64,000 nucleotides of DNA. Origin: Bigelowiella natans CCMP2755 (Eukaryota; Protista; Cercozoa). Position 1 is the stretch's first letter. Each line of letters starts with the position of its first letter. Under the pieces are notes generated by a model that did no database searches, had not been told where the DNA came from, and worked only from the letters and a program-made list of their open reading frames with translations. Positions 39,901 through 53,039 of the stretch are shown here, one piece after another. The stretch spans positions 22,504 through 86,503 of the forward strand of contig ADNK01001273.1 of NCBI GenBank assembly GCA_000320545.1. The letters are read 5' to 3'. The position numbers and the translations under genes were made by a program.

Positions 39901-40068
39901 CGGAATGCCGGACGGCATCCCCAGTTGCTCAATTCGTCGCATTTCAACCGATGATCGCCCTTCAGACAGGAGTTCCTCGTCGGTCCCAGCGTCGTCGGCT
40001 TCGTTTTCATGCTCGCTAGAGATTCCTATAGAATTCCGGTCTCCTGAATCATAGTTTCTTCTCACCAT
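35553..40068 (-). CDS. DHHC-type protein S-palmitoyltransferase (multi-exon)
   Basis: Exons give TAFCKECQIIKPF|RSKHCYRCNRCVCKFDHHC|PFLSTCIGATNR|HIFWWWLLMESL (DHHC at ~38080-38095), TM helices, and C-terminal GLVTNWLHMCLG. Terminal exons are approximate. Confidence 0.9.
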
Positions 40069-40498
40069 GCCGAGGGACAGCACAACTGCAGGAGAGAGAG
40101 CCGCAGGAGGGCGGGGGAGGAATCGGGACTAGTTTTTGTCTTATCAAGACACATGAGAAGGAAGCTGCAAACAGAAACCATGGCATTATCTAAGTAATGT
40201 CTGTTAAATGAGTTGTCGCTTTCTATGAACATATCCTATTTAATCAATTTGGAATTGCTCAAAGTTTCGGTTTATGAAATAAGTAAAACGGGACTCATTT
40301 AGCACCTGCGACATCCACATCACCCGGAAAATACTTTAACCAAAAAGCCACGAGAGAAAAAATGGCGACCGACTACTAGCGCAAAAACGATGACGAAAAC
40401 GATGACGATGACGATGACGAATCCAGAGGCCTAAAATCGAAGTTGAGGGAAAGTAGAATCGACGGACTGATTAGAAGGATTTGCAAGATTAAATTATC

Positions 40499-42454
40499 AT
40501 GAAGTCGAGCTTGCTGTTCTGCACCTCGCCGCGGAGGTAGTTTTCGTTTGACCTTTGCGCGAAAAGAGCAAGCGAGCACATACTTAATTTTTACTCTCAT
40601 CTGACATTCGTTCCTCATTGAATTTTAGGCGGGCGAAGTATCTCAAGTCTCTGCAAAGGTGGCTTATGACCCGAACTGCCCTCTGGTGGGTCCTGAACCT
40701 TGGGGGCATCGCCATCCTTTACATTTTGGTATTCATACTTCCACTATTAATATTTTCGAGAAAAGAAGCGAGATTGCATTTACCCAAAATCGATTCGACT
40801 GTTATAACGGATTTGTACTTGGGGTTGCATCAGGTTTCCACGATCGCTGCAATTGTAGCGAACTCTCCCTCTGATTTCAGCGCATGGCTTGCCAAGATCA
40901 AGCACACGCCAGAGTTACAGACCGCTCGTCTCTTCCTGGGGGGCTACAGCAGCTACCTGAGTGCAAGGAATTACTTTGAGTCGCAAAAACCATTGCTGGA
41001 AAAGGCGATGCGGGAGACAACCCTCCACCCTTACTGGGCATCTTCACAGAAGGATTTAACGGGAAAGGTTCGTGAATTGAAAATGTTGTTCTTGACTGGC
41101 AGCATTCATGAGTAGAGCTTCCACTGAGTCAGAATGGATATTGTGGTGTTACAGGAAACCTGGCAAGATATGGTCGTAGGTCGAATGAAAGGAATGGTTG
41201 ATCAGCTAAAGACATCCGGATACGATGATTTCAAGGCAAGATCATGCATAGATTTTTCTAATCCATGGAAGCGGCTATCCGACGCCATGTGCAAGCTCGT
41301 GAAACACACCGCTGATGTCACTTCCATCTTAGGTCGAAAAAGATAAATGCGAGATGTACGGGTTTCTCCAGAGGAACAACTTACCTTTTGTGCCCCTTCT
41401 TGGAATGTGGACAGACAAGGTTTTCTCGTATTCTCACCCGCATCTTCCAGCACTTACGTTGCGTGCCTAATGTTGTATCGTACATAATTCTTCTTTACAG
41501 CAAACGCTGCTGGATTATCTTGAGGAGTTACGTAGGGAGATAAACAAGCATCAATTCCCTCTATGGCTTAAGTCTTGCCATCTTACGCAAGGAGACGACG
41601 CAGGTCGTCGCATCATTAAGAGGGAGGACCTCGCAGACCCTCTGAGATTTGAAAAACTCAAGGCATGGGGTATGTATTGATCTTCCTGGATTTATCGTTG
41701 TTGAACTTCATGTATTGATCTTCCTGGATTTATTGTTGTTGAACTTCGAGATATTCTTCCGATGATGATGCCAAATTTCGTCTCCCCGTTTGATGTATGA
41801 TTGTGCCGCTACTTTCCAGTTTCAGGCAAGTGGGAACAGCGACCGAATGATGATGCACGTGCGTGGTCTAACGATGCAAAGAAGATTCTCGACACTTTGC
41901 AGCCTCGGTTCCTCATCCAAACCTCCTACGCTGGCCCCTACGGCGACAGCGTGGGCTTCACGGAGAGAGCCCCCGTAGAGCTCAAGATTGAAGTTCTGTG
42001 GGGACGCGCGTACCTCGCGAACATCTGTGACTATGAGGCATATGCCCTGCGTGATGGAACAATAGAGCGCTGGGATACCTCACTTTTCTCCAAAATCGCC
42101 CATGCACCTGTGACTGACCCTGCACAAAATAAGAAGGTCCAATGGTTGAAGGAGGAGGGCCATTTGGAGCGAGCATATAAGCTCGCTGAGAAGGTCTGCA
42201 GATCAATGCTCGCGGATCAGGTGCGAGTGGACATATTTGTAAGACCAGGGGATTTAGAAGGTGTCGTAGTTAACGAGATCAGCATTAGCCCAGGAGCGTT
42301 ATACAAATGGCACGCCCAATTCATGGCTACTACGTGGCGACGGGGGCATGTTGAACATGTGTACACACTGAAGGATACCAAGAAACGTGTCTATGAGGAG
42401 GGCAAGAACGAAGGTAAGCTTTCCAATGGTGAGGAATGGTTCGTTAGAGAGTAG
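40499..42454 (+). CDS. Type II membrane-anchored ATP-grasp protein, TupA-like
   Basis: N-terminal TM (LWWVLNLGGIAILYILVFILPLLIF); EKDKCEMYGF..NLPFVPLLGMW, FPLWLKSCH, PRFLIQ, PVELKIEVLWGRA, VRVDIF..VVNEISISPG. The model needs a GC-AG intron at 41236-41332. Confidence 0.75.
41672..41747 (+). repeat. 38-bp tandem duplication at an intron 5' end
   Basis: atgtattgatcttcctggatttatYgttgttgaacttc twice, one mismatch. Confidence 0.95.
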
Positions 42455-42659
42455 CACTGTCCAGCTGTGCGCTTTTGAGCATCAGGCTGGTATTTTCATT
42501 AAGCGAAAGCTATCGCAGCAGCAGATCGTGTGCACATGTTGATGACAGCACAGGTTGTATCTGCGCACAGATCCAAATATCTGATAGGCGAACTCGGTGT
42601 CTTGCAAGATGGATGTAATCAATCAATTAAATTTGTCCAATGGTCATCCTTGTGTAGCT

Positions 42660-43110
42660 GTGCAATGTGTCTTGTGTGTGCACATGCAGCGCGTTGCTCA
42701 TCGGCCAGTCATGCAAACGTGAATGTCTGCATGGCACACACATGACATGCGTGCGAGAGTCTCTCAACGCGTTGATGTGTGTGCGATTTTGATTGTTGTG
42801 GCGCCTTTCGAGATGCACGTGCTTTGCAGCCAGCTGGCCTCCGCGCAGGCTGTGCGTTAGCCAGCTAGCAGGCAGGCTAGCAGGGCGCAGCCTGTCAGTT
42901 TGATGCGGCTGAGATCTGGGTCTTGCTGTCCTTGCGTTGGTCGAGGTCACTGATCGAAGAGCTGCCATGCACAATGATCCTTGTGCCGATGCACACGTGG
43001 GTGGCTTGAGAACTCATCCACTTTCTCTCCAAAAACAGCAAGATCACCAAAGAAAGTGATGGAGAGGAAGAAGAACGGAGGAGAAGAATTTCAAAAAACG
43101 TTGCACGAAT
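42660..43110. other. TpA-depleted island
   Basis: Hand count: 3 TpA in about 450 bp (2 CTAG, 1 TTAG). Confidence 0.75.
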
Positions 43111-43552
43111 TCTACATCACTGAATGCGCTGATTGCCGCACTGGAGAAAAAGAAAGAAAGAAAGCAATTGTGAGAAGAAGAAGAAGAAGAAGAAGACGAG
43201 CGAGCACGAATGGAGAACGCCAATTTTCGCTCTGATCACTGACCAGCCGGGGAAAACACCAGAAAAATCTTGTTACGAAACAAAAAACCAAAAATCTTCG
43301 AGGATTTGTCCTCGGCGACAATCAATTTAAGGACTCGATAAAACTGTAAAAAAGTTTCGAACGAATGGCATTCTTTCCTTACGACATCCAATTTTATCTC
43401 CCCGGCGCTTTTTTGGTGGGTAGTATTTGTTTTGTTTGGGTTGGGTTGCGACCAGGCACAACTGAGCTTCGGCATCCCCCGCCGTCCTCATATCTGTATT
43501 CACATATCCTTGATTGCTGCCAAGTACGCACGGGCTGATCAAACGCCTGCAA

Positions 43553-44068
43553 ATGCGCCTACAGTATGCTCCAGTACGGGCCATCTGCCTGCTTTTGGCC
43601 TCGTTATTTTTCAGGTGCTGATTGATTGCCATTTTCAATTTGCGTGTTTCGCCGTATGGGTACTCGATGAAAGGAGAGGAAATTATCAAGTTATGATCGA
43701 CTGGGGTCTACATTCCGTTTGCGAACTTAAGTTTGTTTTTCCTATCGGTCAGAGCGTTACGTTGTTGTAGTCGCTCTGCTCGTTACGTATAATGTGATTG
43801 TCCCGCAGCAATTGATAGAATCTATTTAGTGGCTCCGAAGGGAACGATAAATTTGTATAAGATGCTCATGTAATTGTGACAGCATCGGAGTCACTGGTCG
43901 ATCCTCAGTCTCATCAGCTCATACTCTGAGAAGGGGATTCGGTGGTGTCACGCGACGAATGCAGGCTCGAACACGGGCCCTGCAACCTCATAAGACTCAA
44001 CCGATAAGTGGTCTCCTGTCTCCCAACTCGTTCACAAGGTTCCGACCCTTCTCTCTCTCTCTCCCCCC

Positions 44069-44126
<58 letters not shown>

Positions 44127-46905
44127 GCGACAAATACATGCAACAAATTTCCTGAGACCTCGTTCGTTGTTCCATTAAAAGGTCTCCGTGTCAACTTGGA
44201 CTGCCGCAGCAGCAGCAACCACGCTTTATCTTTCAAAGAAGGGCAGAGGAAGTCAAAGAAGACATTAATACTGAAGAGCCCCATCATGCAGGTGAGCGTA
44301 GTAGGCCGTTTTGAATAAGATTGGTCGCAAGTGATTTTACTACGCCTTGTGTCAACTATCAGACGAAGAATCCAGCGATTCAACCGCGGAAGGCCATGAA
44401 GGAGAGGAGCAAACAACTCTTCCGACACAAAAGTTGTTTGCAGTTATCGAAATGGCTGAGTCGGCGCAAACCATGCCAGAAACTCTAGCCAATTCGCCGG
44501 ACTTGCAGAAGGAGCAAGAAGCTTATCTGAAGGATCTCATGGATAAAGGGTAGGACGAAATCTTGATGTAACATAAGAGTGTAGTATTGCACAGTAGTTT
44601 CCAATCAGATTTCTTGAAAGAGTATCGATAAAGGACCGCAGCGATGTATAAATGTGTACCCTCTTGTGGTGATTCTCGTGGTTGTCTTTCCGCACTGCTG
44701 TAGGCTAATCGTAGCATCAGGAAGTTTCGAGAGCCAAGAGGCTCTGACCGGCGTTTGGGTGGTAAAAGCCGACTCCCTAGAGTCCGCATTACGCATTCGA
44801 GACAACAGTCCCTACTGGAATGCGGTTAGTGAATAAACAGCAATATGTACACCTCAAACTCACGAAAAGATGAGCAAGTCGAAGATGAAAGCACGCATGC
44901 CCCCCCCCCCCCCCCCCCGCTGCGATTACATGAGCAGCTCATAATACATTGATGTGATTGCAATGCAGGGCGTGATCCCGAATACCATCGTGCGGCAGTG
45001 GAATGCTGTCGGTGAGCTGGTGGCCGACGGGGTGGCAAGTCAGCTCGATGAGGCCCAGCAGGAACTCGCTCAGATCAAAGAGATCAGAGCTTCCGAGGCT
45101 GCCAAAGCAGAAACCTACGCTGCACAAGTCGCAAAGGTGTGTCATAGCCCGACAAATCATTCCATCCTGCCAGCCGATCAGGGTTGCTGAATAGCACTCA
45201 TGTATGCGACTGGTGATTCGCTCCTGAGCTCACAACAAGCCGTATTAGTTCATTCCCCCCCCTGTTGCAGGCTCCTCCTCCTCCTCTCTTTTGTTTCGTG
45301 GACGAATCTCTGCTCATCTTTGTCGTTGATGGGATGTGACCGTCCTGCTACTGCTACTGCTACTACCTACTGTATAGGTTCAAGACGCATACACCCGTGT
45401 GATGAATGACTTCAGCGCTTATAAGAAGCGCACGGATAGAGAAAAGGAAATGGCTATGATCGATGGAAAAGGGGTATTTTCAGTCATTTAAGCTGTACTG
45501 CTGCTATTGAATATTTGAATATTTGTGCCTTGCTACGCAGTAGGGGTTTGCAACCTCGTAGCTTTTATCGTCTTCATCCTCATCATCATCACCACCATCA
45601 TCATTATCATCATCATCATCATCATCTAGGATTTGTACATTGCTCGTCCATTATTCACCACCCCCCTGCACCTTCTCTTTCCTCCTCTCCCTGCTGCTCC
45701 AGGCCGCTGTTCGGAAGCTCCTCCCTATGATAGACGCATTCTTCATTGCATTCGATACGATTCAACCACAGACACCTGGAGAGGAAGAGATCGATCAGGC
45801 GTACAGGTGCTTCTACTGCCTTACCCGTCAAAATAAAACCATCTTCACATTGTGCTACGATGTAGTCGTTTGTGTTCGTGATAGTCATTGTTGTTGTCGG
45901 TCGTCCACTACTCTAGGTCTCTTTACCACCAGATGATCCAGATATTCGAGTCGGAAGGTAGTATTATTCTGCCATTTTGCGTCGTATTTACAAAGCTGGA
46001 CTATGGTAAAAGAGGAAGGAAGGAGCATGAATATAGTCGATATAATGAAAGGGGTTCTGGAATTAAATTAAGCGCCTATCTGCCTTCTGCTATCTCTTCG
46101 CGTTTATTCCGCCTTTTGTGATTATTGAAACGATTCGAATCATATATACAAAATAATTTATTTCCGCTGCTGCTGCTGCTTCCTCTTTTTCTTCTCCATC
46201 ATCATCATCATTTTCATCTTCTAAGGCTTGGAGAGGGTGGGCAACGAGGGCGAGGAATTCGATCCCACCTACCATCAAGCCACGGACCTCATAGAAACCG
46301 AGGAGTACCCAGATGGCGTCATCGTTAAGGTAGTGTGATTGTAAATGCGTGTTTAGGCATATAAGGTTGACGAAATCTTGTAGAAAACCTGCGACTGATC
46401 CCACAAAACATTTCTTCGTATAGCCTTCGTTGGTGCTGCAGGCCGCTGCATTATCATTATATCATCATAATCATCATCATCATCATCATCATTCTCCTCC
46501 TCGTTCCCCTCATTCTGACGACACAGTAATAATGATGCCTATATGCTTCAGGTCTTGCGTGCTGGTTTCACGATCGGGGAACAGCTCGTCCGTCCAGCGT
46601 TTGTCCAGGTAATTAATCACACACCCCAGAGATACAAGCAGACAAAGTGAGAGAAAGAACAGGAGGCTTCTTTTTTCTGATATGGCCGATTGTCCGATTA
46701 ATAGGTATCTAGCAACCCTGCTGATGCAGCGGCCAAAGCGGAAGCACGAAAGGCTGAGGAAGAGGCAAAAGCTGCTGCAGAAAGGCAAGCCCCATCTATT
46801 TTCAACTTGCCATGATGTAGAGTTGACTGTTGCGATTCACGAAATAGAGAATCTCGGGCAGCTGAAGCGAGTGCTGAGACTGAAAATCAAAAGGAGCCAG
46901 AGTAA
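43553..46905 (+). CDS. grpE: GrpE nucleotide-exchange factor with an N-terminal YciI-like domain and a putative bipartite plastid-targeting presequence
   Basis: GrpE: YTRVMNDFSAYKKRTDREKE, KLLPMIDAF, GEEFDPTYHQA, KVLRAGFTIGEQLVRPAFVQVS. YciI-like: LFAVI..EQEAYLKDLMDKGRLIVASGSF..GVWVVKADSLESALRIRDNSPYWNAGVIPNTIVRQW. Presequence MRLQYAPVRAICLLLASLFFSIG followed by an S/R-rich stretch (start less certain). Confidence 0.85.
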
Positions 46906-47419
46906 AGCTGGCAGCCCTACAGAAATTTAATAACAAATGAAGCAGCAATTTCGGGGGTCCTTGTGCAAAGTGAACTACTGTCTTTGATGATGGCCCATCA
47001 TGACTGAAAAGCGCGAAAACAAAGCTACTAAAATCCATTTCCCATCCCCGAGTTCCGCTTTGTTAGTCGTGCGCAAGTTGTGTTGAAGGTCTTGAACATT
47101 TATTGCATTATTCTCAACTTTTGTATTAAGAAGAAAATATTGTTGCCAGCAGTAGTCACGTGCCGTGCACATGCGCGGTAGCAAAGCATTTCCATATGTT
47201 TTAGATACCTAAGGTGTGTATGAGATATAAGGCCGTACAGCAGGTAGAGCGTGAGCTCTTCTAGTCTTGCCACTGTTGACTTCTTTTTTCTGTACCTTCA
47301 ATCACAGTCCATACGCGGCGCAGTGCCGTGTGATGTACGAACCTAGCCTAGCTGCACATAAAATGTGCGTTGCACTTGCTAGCTTAAGCATTAGACCTTG
47401 CTTGCCAGCAGCAAGGTAG

Positions 47420-48700
47420 CAACAATAAGGCACACTCCGCAGGCTGCTGTTCACGGTTTGTGCGTTGCATATTGCCCACAGACACATGCAATATGATGTG
47501 GCGATGTTCATTGTTAGCAAGTCACATCGATCTGCACAACTGTGGACACAGCACATGCATGTGTTGTCATATGCCAGCATGGCCATGGTGAGTGCATGCA
47601 ATGATGAAAAACTTTTTCACATCCCCACCCTGCATGTCTAGATGTTGTGGGTCGGGTGTCGCAGTGACGACTGTGCATGAACAAACACACTTTGCTACCA
47701 TCTAGCCTTCCACGATGCGAGCACGTGCATGCATCATGCAACATTCTGCAGTGTGACATCACGTGCAGTGCGCGCGTTTGCGTGCTAGCGTGGTGTGCAT
47801 GAATGGCTAGCATGGCTACATGTCGATCCATGCATGTGCACACCTCACATCACGTCGCGGAATTTTCCGTTTAACACACAGCTGAGGCAGATCGAGCATC
47901 TAATATGTTTACATCGAAAGGAGGGAAGATGAGTAGGGCCAGCTAAAGGATGTTAGGAGAGTTGTTGATGTTCTACCAACTACCAGTACAAATGAGAATC
48001 TTGTCGTTGTTTGGGAAATTGCACATCGCAAATCGCGACATGACGACATTCGCAACGTTCTGCACGAGGCTGCTGGATTTGCATTGCTATGATGCTCACG
48101 ACAAGTCAATGGCAGCAGAATTTGGCTAGTTTAGCCAGTGAACCCCCTTCAATTGATGAGGGACTTCATTAGATTGTTTGCATTAGACAAATAATGTGCA
48201 CAAATGTGTGCATACAGGACCATTTTGTAGCTGCATTTGCAACCACGTAACTCACTGTGCATGCTATGAGGACAATGAACAAACATGATCAAATTTCATT
48301 GTGTTCTAGAATTTCAATTTTTCATTGTTACAACCGGATATTTTCCCTCCTCCTCTTACACAACATGTCAGCCGCAGTGACAAACGCATGGCAAGAACTA
48401 GAGAAGTGTATGCATCATCCAAGTGGACACTTCGCGTAGCACAGCTACGTTATCTGCATGAATCTTATCTGTCTTAGTTGCATCCGCACATCCTAGCATA
48501 CTGGCATGTCTAGATGTCTAGACATGCTAGCATGGCTAAATGGCCATTCAGTTGCACCGTAGCTACTACTAGACTCGGGTAGCGTAAAGACCGTGCATGG
48601 GGATTGATGTGCGCACACACATTCGATTCACACCCACTTAATCTTACAATACATCACGCGCTGGTGATGCTCTATCATGACACAAGCTAGCAAGCTATAA
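47420..48700. other. Partially TpA-depleted, CTAG-rich island between the convergent grpE and hslU genes
   Basis: 47575-47870 is dominated by TG/CA, with the remaining TpA mostly CTAG or CTAC. Repeated ctag at 48490-48575. Confidence 0.65.
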
Positions 48701-48894
48701 GTAGAAAGCGTGCCGGGAGTTCTTTGCATACGTAATATATTTACACCATTTTACTTACAATGTCCCATCATCACAACCATTTAGAACGGATGAACGGATT
48801 TAGTACTCACGTATCTATCGTACGCTGGAGATCACAGAGGGAACATCGGGAAAAGGTATGTTTTTCCATATCAGTATGGAGCTTTGATCTTGTC

Positions 48895-49488
48895 TTAGAT
48901 GATGAACTTCTTCAAGTTCGCACTTCCCATCATCATTTCTGCTCTCTTATTCACGTCGTCCTGTAAGACACAAGCACGTTAAGGAACACCGTGTTCAGAT
49001 CAATAGTATCTTTTGGCTCATTTATATTCAAGGTTTTACCGCAGTGAACGTAACAGTCTCCCCTGAACGTTCTGGGGCTTCGAAACTAATATCATCTACA
49101 ATTCGTTCGATAACCTACAACCAAAAAAAGAGTTGATGACGGTGAGATTTTATGACGTTTCAGCACCTGTTCAGGTCATATTGGCTCATCATCATCATCA
49201 TCATCATCATCATCACCGTGTGGAGTCGACGTGCTCCAATATCTTCCACAGAGGAATTGAGATCCGAAGAGACTCTTGCGATGGCACGGATAGCCTCTTC
49301 TTCAAATACCAGCGTAACACCCTCTGTTTTCATCAGCTCCACCTGATATCAATGGATTCCAAGATATTAATTTTTTAAAAAAAAATCCTGTTTGTGAATA
49401 CGGGAATATGCGTATATCATGATCCAGGCGGTTGCAATCAGAAAGTTTCTTTACGAATTTACCGAGATTTTAAGTTGGAAACAAATAA

Positions 49489-49528
<40 letters not shown>

Positions 49529-51169
49529 ACACGCACACACACGCACACGCACGCACAAAAGATAGAGATAGAGAGAGCGACCTGTTGCCGAATCAGGTTG
49601 TTCTCGGGCTCTGTTAGAATCCGGTAAAGATCCTGCAAATTGCGAACGGAGCTCAACATTTCAAGCAAAAGGAGTGGAAGAAAAGCGAAGCACACAGCAA
49701 AGAGGAAATTGTTTCGGAAAAGGATATGTACCTCCTGAGATAGTCCCTTCAGCTCCACCTTGAGTGGCAATCGACCCTGAAATTGTAATATTATTGAAAT
49801 GAAACTAATATTGCTTGGGAAACACATCAATACATCTTAAAAAGGCCTCTGCCTGCGCCACCAGTAGCAGCAGCACCACCACCACGAACACCATCACCTC
49901 TACTAATCGATATCAAGATATCCTCACCTGCAGTTCTGCTAAAAGGTCGGAAGGTTTGCATGCTGAGAAGGCGCCAGACGCTACAAAAAGGATGTGCTCC
50001 GTTGCAACATTGCCTGCGATAAAGGATAGAGGAGGATTTAGCTAGTTTGCTACAATGTGCTGCTGCTGCTGCCGACGAGTTTTGAATGTTAAATTCTAGG
50101 GGGTACCGTGCTTGGTATTGATCGTGCAGCCTTCTATGATTGGTAGCAAGTCACGCTGCACACCTACAGAAGACGTTGCGAGACAAGTAAGGGCGTTATA
50201 ATTCCAAGCATGAAAAATATAGAAAAAAAATGCTGTTCCTGACCTTCGGAAGATGCATCTCCAGAATGGCGATTTTCAGGGGAAGTGCAGATTTTATCAA
50301 TCTCGTCTATGAATACTATGCCGTCTTGCTCCACGGACTGTGAAAATGGAAGAATGCACCGGCAGTGATGTTAATTATAAAACGACGACATGTAAGGTTG
50401 TGTGTTGTTGCATTTGTTTTGCCTGGATCCCTGATACCATGATCACCCCTAACATAAAAGAAAGAGCTTACTCGAATAGCTTCCTGGGTCACATCTTCGG
50501 TCTTGATATGGTTCTCCATCTCCATTTCCTGGGGCAGCATCGCAATCACAACAACAAAACGATCGTGTGGTCAGTATCAAATGTCTAATCTAGAGCACGT
50601 AGCACAGTTCTCTGGATATATGCTCTCGAGAATGATTATGTGTGGGGGTCAACCTCAATAAGAGGCCGAGCTTCAGAGATGCGCATCTTCTTTTTCTCTG
50701 ATCTAAGCAAACCAAAAGGCAAAATTACATCTGGATAACATGAAGGCGGCTCCCACTTAGAGAAGGAACAATGAGCAATAATGTTGGAAATGATTTCACT
50801 CTATTTTAAGGAAGCTGATCCGCTTACCGACGCTGTGCCTGGGAGTATTTGCCGAACTTTGCCAGATGTTGAGCTGATTAATATTTACAGCATTTGATGA
50901 TAGTGCACGATCGAGTTCAGTGTGAAGAGGGAAAATTTTCTATCACGAAATTACAGTTAACTTGTTAGTTGCAGGATTTGTCTTGTCTGAGAAATCGTAA
51001 CTGACCGATGGTTTCCATGTTCTGCTCCGGCTCTTTAATTTGGACTTCGAAATCAATTTGCATGTCTTCGAGCTGCTCCGTGTATGTAGTGTTTGGAGGC
51101 ATCAGTGAGTAAAATAAACAAATATAGGAATGCTGGCTGTGTGGTGATCCTTGTGTTGTGTGTTGCGTG

Positions 51170-51208
<39 letters not shown>

Positions 51209-53039
51209 AGAGAGAGAGATAGAGCGTGCGGAGGACCTCTTTCTTTCGGAGATGCTCCCTCCATTTTTGAATATCGCCCTTCGATTGTCCCACCAGGCTA
51301 TCGCACAAAGTTGCATTTACATAATATTCATCTACAAATTGAAAGAAATCACTACCTTTTCAGAATCTTGTCTTCCACAGTTTTTTCGATTTGCTTCTTG
51401 AGCCGTTTTCTCAGTTTCGTCTTGGTCATGTTGATAGCAACCTCCACCTAGTAGTGGTGACGATGATGATGATGATAACAGTAAAATAAAAATAAACATC
51501 AGTTATACGAATACTGGTAAGCGAAACGTAATTGTGGCTGGCATGTTAGAAGGAGAGGGCCCAAGTGGTTTTGGATTGTTTCAATAAAATTTACCAGATC
51601 TCTGATGATTTGGTCTACATCCCGTCCATGGAACCTGACAGACATTCGGAACTCACTCATAAAAATCCACGCTTCGTTACTCTGCTGAGACGTTTGTCCC
51701 ATCGAATAATTTACCCGATTTCTGTAAACTTGGTTGCCTCAACCTTGATGAATGGAGATTGGGAGAGCTTGGATAGTCTCCTGGCAATCTCTGTTTTCCC
51801 CACTCCTGTTGGCCCAACCATTAAAATGTTTTTGGGCATAACCTTAACACAGGCAAGCCCGAATCAGACCAAAATTAAGTCGTTCCCATGGATCGTCAGT
51901 CCTTTTTACCTCTTCTTTAAGATCCTCGGGAAGTCGGTGGCGACGCCAACGGTTACCTTCGCAAGAAAAAAACGAATCATAAACGACTGGTTTGCGACCA
52001 TCGTTTATCTCAAATTTGAATGGTATACGATATGCAACAGCGACGGTTTTCTTCGCATCCCGTTGACCGACAATGTAACGATCCAGCTGAGCCATTACCT
52101 ACCCAAACGACAAAAAGCAGGAAGTTTTTAGTGCCAGAGGCCAGCACCCTCACGATTCCATGCACAGTATGATGCTATCCGTATCGTCTTAAGATGAGGA
52201 TTACTTCTCTTGGTTTTAAATCGGCTGCGTCGGTCTCTTCCTCTACGGTCTCCTCAGCATCACCTTCATGATCGATAGCAGCACTTGTTCCACCTGACGT
52301 AGATAAACAACACACATGCCATATCACCTTCATCATACAGCAAATCGAAAATCGAAGTATATCTTGGGCTTACCACCGGAATTCTTCTAAGCATTGATCC
52401 CGGGGAGGACATACCAATATGAGCATCATAATATCAGTAGATTGAATATTTCAGAATTGTTGAGCATTAGTAATTAGTAATCATTGGTCAAATGCAGAAA
52501 ATAGCGAATCAAAAACCTCATCTTGCTCCCCTTCTTCTGCAGCAACTTCTCCCATTGCCACAATCCGGCCTGACGCACTCAAGTCCTCATTAACTTTTCG
52601 TTCTATGAAAGCCGCTACAACCTATTCGTTTGGGTACTCGTTAATCATTCTGTGATAGCTGCCTCACCGGAACTATCCTACCATCAAATTTATGCACCAT
52701 GAAACACCTCCAAAGTACCTCTTCAGTTTCTATCGAGGTTGGCCTTGCGCTTTGTACGTGAGAACCTGTAGCAAAGCCTCTAAAGCAGGAACCGAATGTG
52801 GAAAGCGACGTCGAGAAGACGGAGAGTGGGGGGGCTAATGAGGACGTCTTCGCCTCAACTGATCGCGCCCACGCTAAACCAGAAAAGGCTGTGGTGAAAA
52901 CAAAGAGCCAGTAGTCAGTAGAAGACCATTCAAAATGTTCAATCGAACACACTTCAGAAGGTATAAAAGCGATATTATGCCTCCTTGCACAGAGAGCCGC
53001 AAGTTGCGTCGATGGGTTCTCTTTTCTTCGAGCATGCAT
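48895..53039 (-). CDS. hslU: HslU/ClpY AAA+ ATPase subunit of the HslVU protease, probably mitochondrial
   Basis: [97 protein letters not shown]-terminal NLKKFII*. Start approximate. Confidence 0.95.

Noticed and set aside
43553-53039. grpE and hslU as a bacterial heat-shock operon relic or contamination
   Set aside because: The genes are convergent, intron-rich and probably targeted to different organelles. Nuclear-encoded HslU is already known in protists and algae.
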